Counted from the first letter of the stretch, positions 19,611 through 30,609 are shown. The stretch is DNA of 64,000 nt from an uncultured Candidatus Saccharibacteria bacterium (GCA_964481345.1 CAYZTC010000004.1:5731-69730); one strand, 5' to 3'. Notes: generated by a model from the letters alone, not told the origin. A program made the numbers and translations.

Positions 19611-21041
19611 ATGAAAAAGGTTGCTCTAAAGATAAAGAACAGCAAATCGTCTTCGGTCGTAGCGAGTAAAATGGGTCATTCGTTTTCGAAGTATTCAACA
19701 CAATTAGCGATTACTTTGGTAATTATTCTTTCAATACTCGGGCTAGTATTTGTTTATCAGGGAAAAAAACGTAATGGGATTCTAATTGCTTCTGATGGAA
19801 TATTTACTATGTCTCCCTCCGGTACTTACCCTGCATTTCATCATGAAGGTAGTCATAACAGAACTTATATTGGTTACTATACTTCAGACGCAAAAGTTAA
19901 ACTTGTCTATTACGATGAGGATGAAAAAGAGTTAGGTGAGCCTGTGACCCTATGGTCAGATTGGGCAGAAGGTGATGATCATGCTGGGCCTTCAGTTTTG
20001 GTTCTCCAAAATCAAAAAGGAGAGAATTCAAAACACAACGGGAAGATACTTGCTGCCTCAACAGCAATTTTTTATGATCTTCCGGCACAGATTAGAAGGT
20101 CTACTTATTCAGAGAATATCTCGGAATGGGAAGAACCTGTCACATTTGATATACATGTAGAATATCCAACATTGATAGAACTTCAGGATGGTACGATATA
20201 TCTATTTTATGCAAAATACTCATTTCCTAGTAGTGGAGATAGATCACAGGTGTATATAATTAGTACAGATGCTGGAGAAATCTGGAGCGAGAGGCATCTT
20301 TTGTTTGAACCTTCGGGTGAAAGAAGGATATATGGAATATATTATTCAAATCCAGAAAAAGATGAGATTCATGCTATGTTTAATCTCTGTCCTGAAAATT
20401 ATATGTTCGGAAGCTGGTATAAGGATATCTATTATGCACAATACGATTTGGAAACTCAGAAATGGAGTAGAGCAGATGGTACTGAATATGAAACTCCTAT
20501 TACACCAGAGATCGGAGATTTGGTTTATGAGACGGATATGACGGAAGGAGAGGAAGATCATACTTGGTTGTCAGATATAAAAGTAGATGATTATAATAGT
20601 CCATATCTATTGTCTATCAATTTCAAGGATTATGGATCTTCCGGTCATAATCCTGGAAATAATCCTGGTTGGAAAGGCATAGTTCAGAGGCATAGTTTTC
20701 AGGATGGAGAATGGAAAACCGAAGTGATTAGTAAAAACGGTGCAGGTCAGTTTGGGTCATATTCTTATCCTGCGATGGCCATACTAGATGAGGATGATGT
20801 CGATACTGTATACCTGACTCCTTGTGATAATGAATATCGGACAAATCTACAGAAGTGGCAGAAAATTGATACAGAATGGACAAAAGTAGAAGATATAACT
20901 CGGGGGTCTTCAGGTTACAACTTCCGTCCAACCTTTGTTCGTAACGGAACAGACCTCAAGGTTCTATGGTGTTATACTGAAAAATATGAACATCACAAGG
21001 GTGGCCAGTGGGAGTCTATGATTTTTGCCTACCCAAAATAA
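19611..21041 (+). CDS. membrane-anchored BNR/sialidase-like beta-propeller protein (BNR_4-like)
   Basis: N-terminal TM helix. BNR-like motif STDAGEIWSE. Repetitive aromatic-rich beta-strand pattern. Confidence 0.45.
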   Translation: MKKVALKIKNSKSSSVVASKMGHSFSKYSTQLAITLVIILSILGLVFVYQGKKRNGILIASDGIFTMSPSGTYPAFHHEGSHNRTYIGYYTSDAKVKLVYYDEDEKELGEPVTLWSDWAEGDDHAGPSVLVLQNQKGENSKHNGKILAASTAIFYDLPAQIRRSTYSENISEWEEPVTFDIHVEYPTLIELQDGTIYLFYAKYSFPSSGDRSQVYIISTDAGEIWSERHLLFEPSGERRIYGIYYSNPEKDEIHAMFNLCPENYMFGSWYKDIYYAQYDLETQKWSRADGTEYETPITPEIGDLVYETDMTEGEEDHTWLSDIKVDDYNSPYLLSINFKDYGSSGHNPGNNPGWKGIVQRHSFQDGEWKTEVISKNGAGQFGSYSYPAMAILDEDDVDTVYLTPCDNEYRTNLQKWQKIDTEWTKVEDITRGSSGYNFRPTFVRNGTDLKVLWCYTEKYEHHKGGQWESMIFAYPK

Positions 21042-21059
21042 TTTGAGTGTGATATCTTC

Positions 21060-22388
21060 ATGGCCCAAAAAATAGATATTGTAGTAGGGATTTGTGGACT
21101 TGGGTATGTAGGATATCCTGTGGCTATGCTTTTTGCGGATGCTGGTTTTAATGTAATCGGATTTGATATTCTTGAGGAAAGAGTTAAGAGGTTGAATAAA
21201 GGAGAAAATCTGATAAAAGGTCAGGAACCTGGTCTTGACGAATTGATTAAAAAGGTTTACAAGAAAGGAAATTTCAGGGCCACAAGTGATTTTGGAGAAT
21301 ATGGATTAGCAGACTACATAATTGTAGCTGTTCAGACCCCTGTGGCAGAGGAAAATAAGAAGCCGACATATAAGAACCTGAAGGTTGCATTGAAAAGTAT
21401 TGGAAAGAATATGAAAAAGGGTGTTACTGTAATAATTGAGTCAACCATTGCTCCTAAAACAATGGAACATGTCGTAGCACCGATTTTGGAAAAGGAATCA
21501 GGAATTAAGGCTGGGAAAGGGTTTTACTTGGTAAACTGTCCAGAGCGTCTTATGCCAGGACATCTTATTGAAAATATTACTTGTTACAACAGGGTGGTTG
21601 GTGGATGGACTCCAAAGTCTGCTCAAAATGTTATTGATCTATACAAAAATATTGTGAAAGGAGAACTTGAACCAACAGATTGTATTACTGCCGAGATTGT
21701 CAAGGCAGGTGAAAATACGTACAGAGATGTGCAGATTGCATTTGCAAATGAGCTAGCTCTTTTGTGTGAGGAGTATGGTTCAAATGTTTGGAAGGTAAGG
21801 GAGTTGATAAATAATTGTAAAAAGGTTACAGATACTAGGCTAGAAGCATTAAGACAGGTACATTTTCCAGGGGCAGGTGTAGGAGGACATTGCATTCCAA
21901 AAGATTCCTGGCTTCTGATCCATGAAGTGAGGGACATTGTGAACCCAAAGTTGATTCCCACAGCAAGATACATCAATGACTTTATGCCTATTCATGTGTA
22001 TGACTTGTTTAAAGACTCAGTTAAGGAAACTGGGAAAAAGCTAAAAAGTGTGAAAGTTGCTGTGCTTGGCTACGCCTATGATGCAAATTCAGATGATGAC
22101 AGAAATACTCCCACTGAGCCATTGATGAAGAAGTTAAGAAAGTCAGGAGTAAGGTTTGAAGTTCATGACACATATATTGCAAAATATCAAAAAGATTTGA
22201 AAAAGGTTTTGAAAAATAAAGATGCAATTATTTTGGTGACTGCCCATGATGAGTATAAGAAACTAAAATATAGTGGCATGCTGAGGCTGATGAAAAAGAA
22301 GCCAATAATAGTGGATGGGAGGAATGTGTTTGATAAGCCAAAAGCTCAAAAAAGAGGCTTTGTGTATAAAGGGGTGGGGAATGTATAA
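21060..22388 (+). CDS. UDP-glucose/GDP-mannose dehydrogenase-family nucleotide-sugar 6-dehydrogenase (WbpA/WecC-like)
   Basis: N-terminal Rossmann GICGLGYVGYPVAMLFADAGFNVIGFDI. Catalytic Cys region GAGVGGHCIPKD. 442 aa. Confidence 0.85.
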   Translation: MAQKIDIVVGICGLGYVGYPVAMLFADAGFNVIGFDILEERVKRLNKGENLIKGQEPGLDELIKKVYKKGNFRATSDFGEYGLADYIIVAVQTPVAEENKKPTYKNLKVALKSIGKNMKKGVTVIIESTIAPKTMEHVVAPILEKESGIKAGKGFYLVNCPERLMPGHLIENITCYNRVVGGWTPKSAQNVIDLYKNIVKGELEPTDCITAEIVKAGENTYRDVQIAFANELALLCEEYGSNVWKVRELINNCKKVTDTRLEALRQVHFPGAGVGGHCIPKDSWLLIHEVRDIVNPKLIPTARYINDFMPIHVYDLFKDSVKETGKKLKSVKVAVLGYAYDANSDDDRNTPTEPLMKKLRKSGVRFEVHDTYIAKYQKDLKKVLKNKDAIILVTAHDEYKKLKYSGMLRLMKKKPIIVDGRNVFDKPKAQKRGFVYKGVGNV

Positions 22389-22401
22389 TTACTAACAACT
22401 A

Positions 22402-24444
22402 ATGAAAATCAGCCAACAGGATAAATCTAAAAGTATATTGTCAGTTTTTGAGTGTTTTCTGCTATACATATGTTCAGTTAGTATAGTAAATGTTATTCTT
22501 CTTTCTCTCGGATTTTTTTATCTAGTCTTATCCTTAGTTATTTCCCTTATCCTTATTGTAATGGGATTTCTGTTCTTCAAAATTAAGGTCTCGTTTTCTG
22601 ACAATCGTTTCTCACTTGTTTTTCTAGGAATTCTTGTTATAGCTTTATTTTTGAGATGGAATCCTAATCTATATCTCACTGGAGGTCAGGACCAAGGTAC
22701 ATATGTGTCATTGTCAAAGCAATATGAGATTAATCATAGTCTTTATATTAAAGATGAGTTTAGAGAATCTCTGACAACAGAAGCACGGAAATTGTACGAT
22801 AGAGGAAATATTTTTCTTGGAATTAATATGAGGGATAGAGAGGATTCTACTTATCTGATGCCGTTTTATCCAGTATTTCCATCGTGGATGTCTACTTTTG
22901 CGACAATGTTTGGATCTGATAATCGTGTATATGCACTGACAATGTTTAGTATTTTATCAATAGTTGCGACCTATTTATTTGCATATGAGATATCCAATAG
23001 AAACAAAAAGGTGGGATTGCTAGCTGCTTTTCTTATGGCAATTAACCCTTTACATGTATACTTTTCGAGAGTACCAGTAACAGAGATTGTATCTCTAACG
23101 TTCCTGTTGTTTTCCTTGTATTTTTTGACTAGATTTTACAACGATTACAAGGAGGGGATTACAAGAAAATATTCATTAGTATTGTCTTTGTTATGTGCAA
23201 ATGTACTTTTCTACACTAGGATGAATGCAATATTTTTCCTTCCAATAATCATTCTTATTCCAATCCTTTCAAACCTATTCAACAAAGATAAAGAGCTTAC
23301 GAAGTATCTAAAAGTATATTCAATAGGTTGGGTTGTCACACTTTTATTATCATTTCTGTATTACAAAATATTTCTTCCCTATCTATTCAACCTTATAGTA
23401 GGAAAACGTCTTCTCAATTATTTTGACTCCCCAATATTCTTGACGACTTTTATATCCTTGGTTTTATTATTGATAGGATTTTTGTCTTTCAAGAAGACAA
23501 AGAAGATTGTAAAAAGCATGATTTCTTTTTTTTATAATAAACTTTCTTGGATTTCAATTTCGATATTTGGTGGACTTATTCTCTATGGACTATATTTTTA
23601 TGTTAAAGAAATATTTATTGATAATGGTCATGAGTTACTTTCATTTGATAGTCTGTCCTATCTGAAACAACTTAGTTTCCTGGCGACTTTTCTTTATCTA
23701 TCTCCAATTGGATTTGTCTTGTTACCTGTTTCATTTGCTTATTTGATGAAGAAAAGGGATGTTAAGGTAAGCCTTTTGATAGTGTCGATCCTGGGTTTTC
23801 TGGTGTACTGCTGGGGAATTTTGAGATTAACTCAGTACCACTACTACTTTGCCAGATACCAGTTAAGCGAGCTAATACCTTTGGGTACGATTTTAATTTC
23901 TGTTTTCTTGGTGGATATTTCGAAAAAGAAAATTGGGAAAATAATGTTACTTTTTACTGTCGTTTTTTCGACTTTGTATTTTGGCTATTTTTCGATATTG
24001 CAGATGAGAGATTATGAGGGGGCAGATAGATCAACTTACGAATATTTGGATGAAATAGTTGGAGAAGAAGACTTACTTATTGTTCCAAGGAATGAATTTA
24101 TGTCTTTCAACCAAGTGATTTTTCCTCTGAAATACTATTATGGTTTAGATGTAATGACCCTTTATAAATTGAGTGATATTGAAAAACCATCGATCGTCAA
24201 TATGCATAAAAGTGCTGAAAATACCTACATTCTTACTAAACTCGGTGATATTGAGGGAAAAAGAATTAAACTTGTGAAAGAAATTGATTTTAAGCATAAT
24301 TACTTCGTTCATTGCAATAGAAATGAGGATGCATTTTTTGAAATGAAGGGACATTCTAAGGATATACCTTTTTGCGAATATATTGTAATTCCCAATAGGT
24401 TTTACTATGGTTCATATGATGCATATTTGTTTCGTTGGGAATAG
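22402..24444 (+). CDS. polytopic membrane protein, GT-C-type glycosyltransferase or polymerase/ligase-like
   Basis: 680 aa with ≥12 predicted TM helices. The first external loop is acidic (DQGTY...DEFRE...DRGNIF). No soluble catalytic fold is recognisable. Confidence 0.4.
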   Translation: MKISQQDKSKSILSVFECFLLYICSVSIVNVILLSLGFFYLVLSLVISLILIVMGFLFFKIKVSFSDNRFSLVFLGILVIALFLRWNPNLYLTGGQDQGTYVSLSKQYEINHSLYIKDEFRESLTTEARKLYDRGNIFLGINMRDREDSTYLMPFYPVFPSWMSTFATMFGSDNRVYALTMFSILSIVATYLFAYEISNRNKKVGLLAAFLMAINPLHVYFSRVPVTEIVSLTFLLFSLYFLTRFYNDYKEGITRKYSLVLSLLCANVLFYTRMNAIFFLPIIILIPILSNLFNKDKELTKYLKVYSIGWVVTLLLSFLYYKIFLPYLFNLIVGKRLLNYFDSPIFLTTFISLVLLLIGFLSFKKTKKIVKSMISFFYNKLSWISISIFGGLILYGLYFYVKEIFIDNGHELLSFDSLSYLKQLSFLATFLYLSPIGFVLLPVSFAYLMKKRDVKVSLLIVSILGFLVYCWGILRLTQYHYYFARYQLSELIPLGTILISVFLVDISKKKIGKIMLLFTVVFSTLYFGYFSILQMRDYEGADRSTYEYLDEIVGEEDLLIVPRNEFMSFNQVIFPLKYYYGLDVMTLYKLSDIEKPSIVNMHKSAENTYILTKLGDIEGKRIKLVKEIDFKHNYFVHCNRNEDAFFEMKGHSKDIPFCEYIVIPNRFYYGSYDAYLFRWE

Positions 24445-24470
24445 AGGAATAAGTTGATATAATAGCGAGG

Positions 24471-25565
24471 ATGCTAAAAAAGAAAATAATTGCAGTAGTT
24501 GTACCTGCGTACAATGAAGAAAAGCAAATAGGGAGAGTCATTGAAAGTATGCCAGATTTTGTGGATAGGATCGTTGTCGTTAATGATAATTCTATAGATA
24601 AGACGGCAAAGGTTGTTGAAAAATATATTAGAGATGATAGGTCTAAGGTTCGAAGTCTTAACCATAGTAAAAAGATTGTTCCCAATAGATATAACCGAGC
24701 AGAAGTTGTAGCAGAGGAAATATTAAAAGAGGAAACCGGGTTGTATATCCCATCTAAGGTTTTCAATAAAGACCCTAAGAATTCAAGAATTATCCTTATT
24801 AATCATTTGAAAAATGGATCAGTAGGATCTTCGATAGCTACTGGTTATAAATGGTGTCTTGATAACAATATTGACTGTAGTGCAGTTATGGCAGGAGATG
24901 GGCAGATGGATCCAAGTGAGCTGGAATCAATCTGTAGGCCAGTCGTTGAAGGTGAAGTGGATTATGTGAAAGGAAATCGTCTGAAGCATAGATCCGCAAG
25001 TCTTGTCATTCCCAAAATTAGATTTTTGGGTAATTCTGTTCTTTCCCTTCTGACAAAGATTGCAAGTGGATACTGGAAGGTATCGGATACTCAGACTGGA
25101 TATACTGCAATTTCTCTAAATGCGTTAAAAGGGATCAGGATATATGATATTTATAAGTCATATGGCTGCCCAAATGATATTCTTGTGAAGCTTAACATTG
25201 CAAACTTTGAGATAAAAGAGATACCGATAAAACCAGTGTATGAGGTAGGAGAGGAGTCTAAAATGAGAGTATTCAAAGTTATTCCGAAAATAAGCTGGTT
25301 GCTATTTAGGTTGTTCTGGAAAAGACTCTATAAAAAGTACTTATTTAGAGACTTTCATCCATTATTCTTTCTTTATCACTTGGCGATATTGTTGTTAGTG
25401 GTCAATATTCCATATGCATTAGCTGTCTTTACTGACTTTACTGGAGGTGGAAAGGTGTCTACTAACTCCATGATCGCATTTATGTTCCTCTCGATTAGTG
25501 GATTTCAGTCATTGTTTTTTGCAATGTGGATGGACATGATGGATAACGAAAGTTTACAGAAATAA
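24471..25565 (+). CDS. GT2 polyprenyl-phosphate sugar synthase (DPM1/GtrB/ArnC-like) with C-terminal TM helices
   Basis: IIAVVVPAYNEEKQIGRVIESMPDFVDRIVVVNDNSIDKTAKVV is the GT2 DxD region. Two C-terminal TM helices, as in GtrB/ArnC. Confidence 0.75.
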   Translation: MLKKKIIAVVVPAYNEEKQIGRVIESMPDFVDRIVVVNDNSIDKTAKVVEKYIRDDRSKVRSLNHSKKIVPNRYNRAEVVAEEILKEETGLYIPSKVFNKDPKNSRIILINHLKNGSVGSSIATGYKWCLDNNIDCSAVMAGDGQMDPSELESICRPVVEGEVDYVKGNRLKHRSASLVIPKIRFLGNSVLSLLTKIASGYWKVSDTQTGYTAISLNALKGIRIYDIYKSYGCPNDILVKLNIANFEIKEIPIKPVYEVGEESKMRVFKVIPKISWLLFRLFWKRLYKKYLFRDFHPLFFLYHLAILLLVVNIPYALAVFTDFTGGGKVSTNSMIAFMFLSISGFQSLFFAMWMDMMDNESLQK

Positions 25566-25586
25566 TTTGTTATTCTGTGGAAAACT

Positions 25587-27440
25587 ATGTGTGGTATTTG
25601 TGGTGAGGTTTATTATAAAAAGAAAAAACTGAGCTCATCTGGGATAAAAGTCATGATGAAATCTATAAAGCACAGAGGTCCCGATGGGGAAGGACATTTT
25701 ATTGATAGAAATGTTTCTCTTGGTCATGTACGGCTGAGTGTTATCGACACATCAAAGAATGCTAGTCAGCCAATGTTCTCAAAAGATGGTCGGTACGTAA
25801 TAATTTTTAATGGAGAAATTTATAATTATCAAGATATAAAGGAAAAATTATTGGTAAAAGGGTATAGATTCAAGTCATCATCTGATACAGAAGTTTTGTT
25901 AAAGTCATACATTGAGTGGGGAAGGAATTGCCTCAAAAGGTGTAATGGTGTATTTAGCTTTGTAGTATACGATAAACAAAATCGCATGATATTTGCTGCA
26001 AGAGACAGGTTTGGAATCAAGCCGTTTTATTATTATATAGACTCGGACAAGTTTTTGTTTGGGTCAGAAATAAAGGCAATACTTACAGACTCTTCTATAA
26101 AAAGGGAAGTTGATGAGGGGATGCTATATGAATTTTTAGTCTTTAATAGGACAGATCATTCTGTTAGAACGTGTTTTAGGAATATAAAAAATTTAAGACC
26201 AGGTCACTATTTAAATTTAAATAGTGCAACGGGGAAACACAAAATATATAAATGGTATCATCTTCCCCAAATTAAGAATGGTGATCGAGACATAAGCTAT
26301 TACTCAAGGAAACTTAGGAAAAAGCTCAAGGAAAGTGTTAGTTTACATATGGTGAGCGATGTTCCTGTGGGTGTGGCATTATCAGGAGGTCTTGACTCAT
26401 CGGTTGTAGCCGCTCTCATGAAGAATAATCTTGGTCGTAAGGTTAAATTGCATAGTTTCTCCGCCGTATATGCTAAAAGTTGGGAAAAGAATGAAAAGAA
26501 GTATATACATGAAGTTGGAGAGTATCTTAACTTGTCCACTCACTACGCAAAACCTACGGCAAAAGGGTTATTGAATAAATTAGATGATTTAATATATTGT
26601 CAAGAGGAACCATTTCATAGTGCGTCTATTTTTGCAGGATGGTGTGTGTACAAAAAGGCTAGTGAGTCAAGGATAAAAGTAATTCTTAATGGGCAAGGGT
26701 CTGATGAAATTTTTGGTTATGATTACATGGCGGCATTTTATTTTTTTGAGTTGTTAAAGTCATTTAGAATATTAAGTTTAATTAAAGAAATAGTTTTATT
26801 TTGGAAGAAGCAAAAATTTGGAAGAGTATTTACTATGCAATTGTTTGTGTTTCTGATATCTCCCAAGTTTATGAAAAATCTTTTAATGTCTACTTCTGCC
26901 TCGATTGTTGCTAAGGAATTTTTCAATAAAAATAGAGACCTTAGTAATTTTTACAACATTTTTTTTAATGTTAAATCTCTTAATGAATCGGTACAGAACC
27001 ACCTACTTTATAAGTTGAATCATTTATTAAGGGTTGACGATAAGAACTCAATGAGACATTCTGTTGAGTCTAGAGTACCTTATTTAGAAAAGGAGTTGAT
27101 AAAATTTGCTTTTAGTATTCCCTCTAATAAGAAGATAAAAAATGGAGAGAGTAAGTACGTACTAAAGGATGCTATGAAAATTTTTGTGCCCAAGAGGATA
27201 TATCAGAGAAACGATAAAATAGGATTTGATATCCCAATGGATAGTTGGTTTAGAAAAAGGGAGTTTGTGAAATACATTGATTATATGTTGAAGGCAAAAT
27301 ATCAACCAATGAATAAGTATTTGAACCTAGAATACATTAGAAAGAAGTGGGATCTTCATAAGAAGAAAAAAGAAAATAACGGGAAGATAATATGGAAATA
27401 TATATTTCTAACGAGATGGTATAAGATTTTTTTTGATTGA
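25587..27440 (+). CDS. asparagine synthase (glutamine-hydrolysing) family amidotransferase, AsnB/WbpS-like
   Basis: N-terminal nucleophile MCGICGEV (class-II GATase). PP-loop VALSGGLDSS. 617 aa. Confidence 0.85.
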   Translation: MCGICGEVYYKKKKLSSSGIKVMMKSIKHRGPDGEGHFIDRNVSLGHVRLSVIDTSKNASQPMFSKDGRYVIIFNGEIYNYQDIKEKLLVKGYRFKSSSDTEVLLKSYIEWGRNCLKRCNGVFSFVVYDKQNRMIFAARDRFGIKPFYYYIDSDKFLFGSEIKAILTDSSIKREVDEGMLYEFLVFNRTDHSVRTCFRNIKNLRPGHYLNLNSATGKHKIYKWYHLPQIKNGDRDISYYSRKLRKKLKESVSLHMVSDVPVGVALSGGLDSSVVAALMKNNLGRKVKLHSFSAVYAKSWEKNEKKYIHEVGEYLNLSTHYAKPTAKGLLNKLDDLIYCQEEPFHSASIFAGWCVYKKASESRIKVILNGQGSDEIFGYDYMAAFYFFELLKSFRILSLIKEIVLFWKKQKFGRVFTMQLFVFLISPKFMKNLLMSTSASIVAKEFFNKNRDLSNFYNIFFNVKSLNESVQNHLLYKLNHLLRVDDKNSMRHSVESRVPYLEKELIKFAFSIPSNKKIKNGESKYVLKDAMKIFVPKRIYQRNDKIGFDIPMDSWFRKREFVKYIDYMLKAKYQPMNKYLNLEYIRKKWDLHKKKKENNGKIIWKYIFLTRWYKIFFD

Positions 27441-27515
27441 TTTTCTTAGTTATATGTATGAACATGACGGATAATAGGAGACTGAAAAAATAATTTTAAG
27501 ACTTGTATTAATCTG

Positions 27516-29480
27516 ATGTGTGGGATATTAGGTTTTGTCAAAAAAGAGAACTCAAAGGTAGATGAGATAGGTACAGAGAATTTACTAAAACATCTTTATT
27601 CTTTTTCTGAAAGTAGAGGGCATGATTCTTCGGGTATAGCCGTATTGAGAGGTAAGGATATTTTTGTAAATAAGAGAGCATTACCAGCGTCAAAGTATAT
27701 AAACACAAAGGCCTATAAAAAACTGCTAAAAAATTCGAAAGGTATTAAAGCTGTTATTGCACATGCCAGGATGGAAACAAATGGATCTTTCTCAGAGAGC
27801 ATTAATAATCAGCCAGTGGTTAAAGATGGTTTAGTTACGGTACACAATGGAATAATTGTAAACAATAAGGAGTTATGGAAAAGAATTCCTCAAATTAAAA
27901 GGAAGTTTGATATTAATACTGAAGTATTCAATTCTTTAGTAGGTTACTATCTAAAGAAGGAGAAAAACCTCTTCAAATGTGTAGAAAAAACTTTAAAAGT
28001 ATTAGAAGGATCATATTCCTTTGCAACACTTTTTGAAAAGTATAACTATCTGTTCCTAGCAACTAATACAGGCTCACTTTACTATATTAAAGAAGAGGAT
28101 TACTTAATATTTGCTTCTGAGTATGAATTTCTTAATTCATTGGTAGAAAAGTATTCCTCAATAGTGGAGGGTGCAGAGATTTTACAATTGAAGCCAAGGA
28201 CATTTCTGTTTGTAAATATTAACAATATATCAGTAGATACTAAGAACGTTGAGGAAAAGTCTCGAAGTATTAATATGGTAAATATTCTTGAAGAAGAGAA
28301 GACCTTGAGGATCCGAAATGTATCTATGAGCACTAGCGAAATATCAAAAATTACGAAGTATGTAGAATCAGAATACAAAAGAAGATTAAAAAAGATAAAG
28401 AATCTCAGAAGGTGTACAAAGTGTATATTACCTGAGACTATGCCTTTTATAGAGTTTGATAATGATGGAGTGTGCAACTATTGTAGAAATTACAAGAAGA
28501 TTGAACATCAAGGGAAAGAAGAGTTAGAAAACGTATTGTCGAAATATAGAAGAGACGATGGTAAACCTGATTGTATAATGGCTTTTAGTGGGGGTAGGGA
28601 TAGTAGTTACGCATTACATTATTTGAAGAAAGTGATGGGGATGAATCCTGTCGCTTATTCTTATGACTGGGGAATGATAACTGAATTGGGGAGAAGAAAT
28701 CAAGCTAGAATGACGGGTGTGTTGGGGGTGGAACATATATTAATATCTGCAGACATTCAGAGGAAGAGAGAAAATATTAGGATGAATGTCAACGCTTGGT
28801 TGAAAAGGCCTAACCTTGGTACAGTCCCGTTATTTATGGCAGGAGATAAACAGTATTTTTATTATGCAAAGGTCCTAAGTAAACAAATGGGTTTAGATTT
28901 GGTCATACTTAGTGAAAATCTTATGGAGGTTACTAACTTTAAAACAGGGTTTTGTGGAATAAAACCAAAGCTGATAGAGGGTAAAAAGTTTTATGCATTA
29001 TCTTCAGCGTCTATTCTTAGGTTATTGTTCTTTTATAGTAAAGAATGCATTCTGAATCCTTCATACATAAATAGGTCATTGCTGGATAGCCTGGGTGCGT
29101 TTGGCTCATTTTATGTGATGCCTCATAGGTTGCTTTCTTTGTATTCCTATATCCCTTGGGACGAACGAGAGGTTGAGGATGTTCTTCTTAATAAGTATAA
29201 CTGGGAAATTGCAGAAGATACTGAAACCACGTGGAGAATAGGTGATGGTACTGTATCTTTCTACAACTATATTTACTATATGATTTCGGGTTTTTCGGAA
29301 ATTGATACGTTTAGAAGTAATCAAATCAGAGAAGGTCATCTAAGTCGAAGGGAAGCTTTGACTAAGGCAGAAAAGGAAAATAGACCGAGGGTTGATTCCC
29401 TAATATGGTATACGGATATCATAGGGGTGAATTTATTTCAGGCATTGAAGAAAATTAATTCAGTTGAAACACTGTACTAG
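27516..29480 (+). CDS. fusion of class-II glutamine amidotransferase domain with WbuX/WbpG-type N-acetyl-sugar amidotransferase (PP-loop ATPase)
   Basis: N-terminal MCGILGF...HARMETNGS (Ntn GATase). Central C-x2-C...C-x2-C zinc ribbon CTKCILPETMPFIEFDNDGVCNYCRNY, then PP-loop AFSGGRDSSYAL. Confidence 0.65.
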   Translation: MCGILGFVKKENSKVDEIGTENLLKHLYSFSESRGHDSSGIAVLRGKDIFVNKRALPASKYINTKAYKKLLKNSKGIKAVIAHARMETNGSFSESINNQPVVKDGLVTVHNGIIVNNKELWKRIPQIKRKFDINTEVFNSLVGYYLKKEKNLFKCVEKTLKVLEGSYSFATLFEKYNYLFLATNTGSLYYIKEEDYLIFASEYEFLNSLVEKYSSIVEGAEILQLKPRTFLFVNINNISVDTKNVEEKSRSINMVNILEEEKTLRIRNVSMSTSEISKITKYVESEYKRRLKKIKNLRRCTKCILPETMPFIEFDNDGVCNYCRNYKKIEHQGKEELENVLSKYRRDDGKPDCIMAFSGGRDSSYALHYLKKVMGMNPVAYSYDWGMITELGRRNQARMTGVLGVEHILISADIQRKRENIRMNVNAWLKRPNLGTVPLFMAGDKQYFYYAKVLSKQMGLDLVILSENLMEVTNFKTGFCGIKPKLIEGKKFYALSSASILRLLFFYSKECILNPSYINRSLLDSLGAFGSFYVMPHRLLSLYSYIPWDEREVEDVLLNKYNWEIAEDTETTWRIGDGTVSFYNYIYYMISGFSEIDTFRSNQIREGHLSRREALTKAEKENRPRVDSLIWYTDIIGVNLFQALKKINSVETLY

Positions 29481-29481
29481 C

Positions 29482-30609
29482 ATGAAGAAATTAATTAACA
29501 TACTTTTTAATGATTTTACAAGTGATAACAGAGTCTTTAAGGAGTCTGTTAGCTTATTTAAAAATGGGTTTGATGTTGAGTTAGTAGCTACTAGATTTGA
29601 TAGGAACCTTCCTGTAAACGAAAACATCCAAGGTATAAGGATTAGGAGAGTTTCTGTAGGGGGTTTTAAATTTCTTCCCATTAATCTGATTTTATTTTGG
29701 CTTAATGTTATAAAGCTTTACAGAAAAGAGAGGCTATTCCATTGCAATGATCTTTATGCTTTACCTCCTGCTTTTGTAGTAAAAAGGCTTTTTAATAGAG
29801 ATACAAAGATAATATATGATTGTCATGAGCATGAAACGGAGGCAGGTATATATGTTGGTAATCCTGTGTTAAAGTTTTTTGCTAAAATATTTGAGAAGAT
29901 TATGATTAAGTCTGCTGATAAAGTGATTACTGTTAGTGAATCAATAGCGAATGATTATGTAAGTATGTACGGTATAGAAAAGCCTCTTTTGGTTATGAAT
30001 TGTCCTAGATATAGAACGTATGAGAGATTTGATTTGTTTAGAAAAGAGTTAAAGATACCTGGTGACAAGATTATTATTCTTTATCAAGGGGAGTATCTCA
30101 AGGGTAGAGGGGTTGAAAATCTTGTTGAAGTCTTTCAAAAACTAGAGACTCTTAATAAGAAGATAGTTTTGGTTCTATTGACTTACGGAGATGATATTGA
30201 AGATCTGAAAAAAATTATTAAAAATTCGAAAAATATCTATTGGCATGATAGAGTATCAGTTTTGGAGTATATGAATTATGTAGCATCAGCGGATTGGGGG
30301 ATATTGTTACTAGAAAACACATGTAAAAATTCTGACTTTTCACTGGCTAATAAGTTTTTTGACTACATTGCAGGAGATTTACCGGTAATTGTATCCGATT
30401 TGAAAGAGATGTCTGATTTTATTGGTAAGTATAGAATTGGTTATGTTGTTGATCCTCAGAATATTGAGGAGATTGTAAATTTGCTTAAAGATTTTGATAA
30501 GGATACGAAGAAAGAATTTCTTCTCAACTTAAAAAGTGTAGCTAAAAAATACTGTTGGGAAGAGCAAGAAAAAGTATTATTTGAGATATATAAAGAATTT
30601 AGATCATGA
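29482..30609 (+). CDS. glycosyltransferase family 4/GT-B
   Basis: GT-B two-domain pattern; C-terminal ...GDLPVIVSDLKEMSDFIGKYRIGYVV. Start taken at the ATG just after the upstream stop (track ORF starts at 29464). Confidence 0.65.
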   Translation: MKKLINILFNDFTSDNRVFKESVSLFKNGFDVELVATRFDRNLPVNENIQGIRIRRVSVGGFKFLPINLILFWLNVIKLYRKERLFHCNDLYALPPAFVVKRLFNRDTKIIYDCHEHETEAGIYVGNPVLKFFAKIFEKIMIKSADKVITVSESIANDYVSMYGIEKPLLVMNCPRYRTYERFDLFRKELKIPGDKIIILYQGEYLKGRGVENLVEVFQKLETLNKKIVLVLLTYGDDIEDLKKIIKNSKNIYWHDRVSVLEYMNYVASADWGILLLENTCKNSDFSLANKFFDYIAGDLPVIVSDLKEMSDFIGKYRIGYVVDPQNIEEIVNLLKDFDKDTKKEFLLNLKSVAKKYCWEEQEKVLFEIYKEFRS

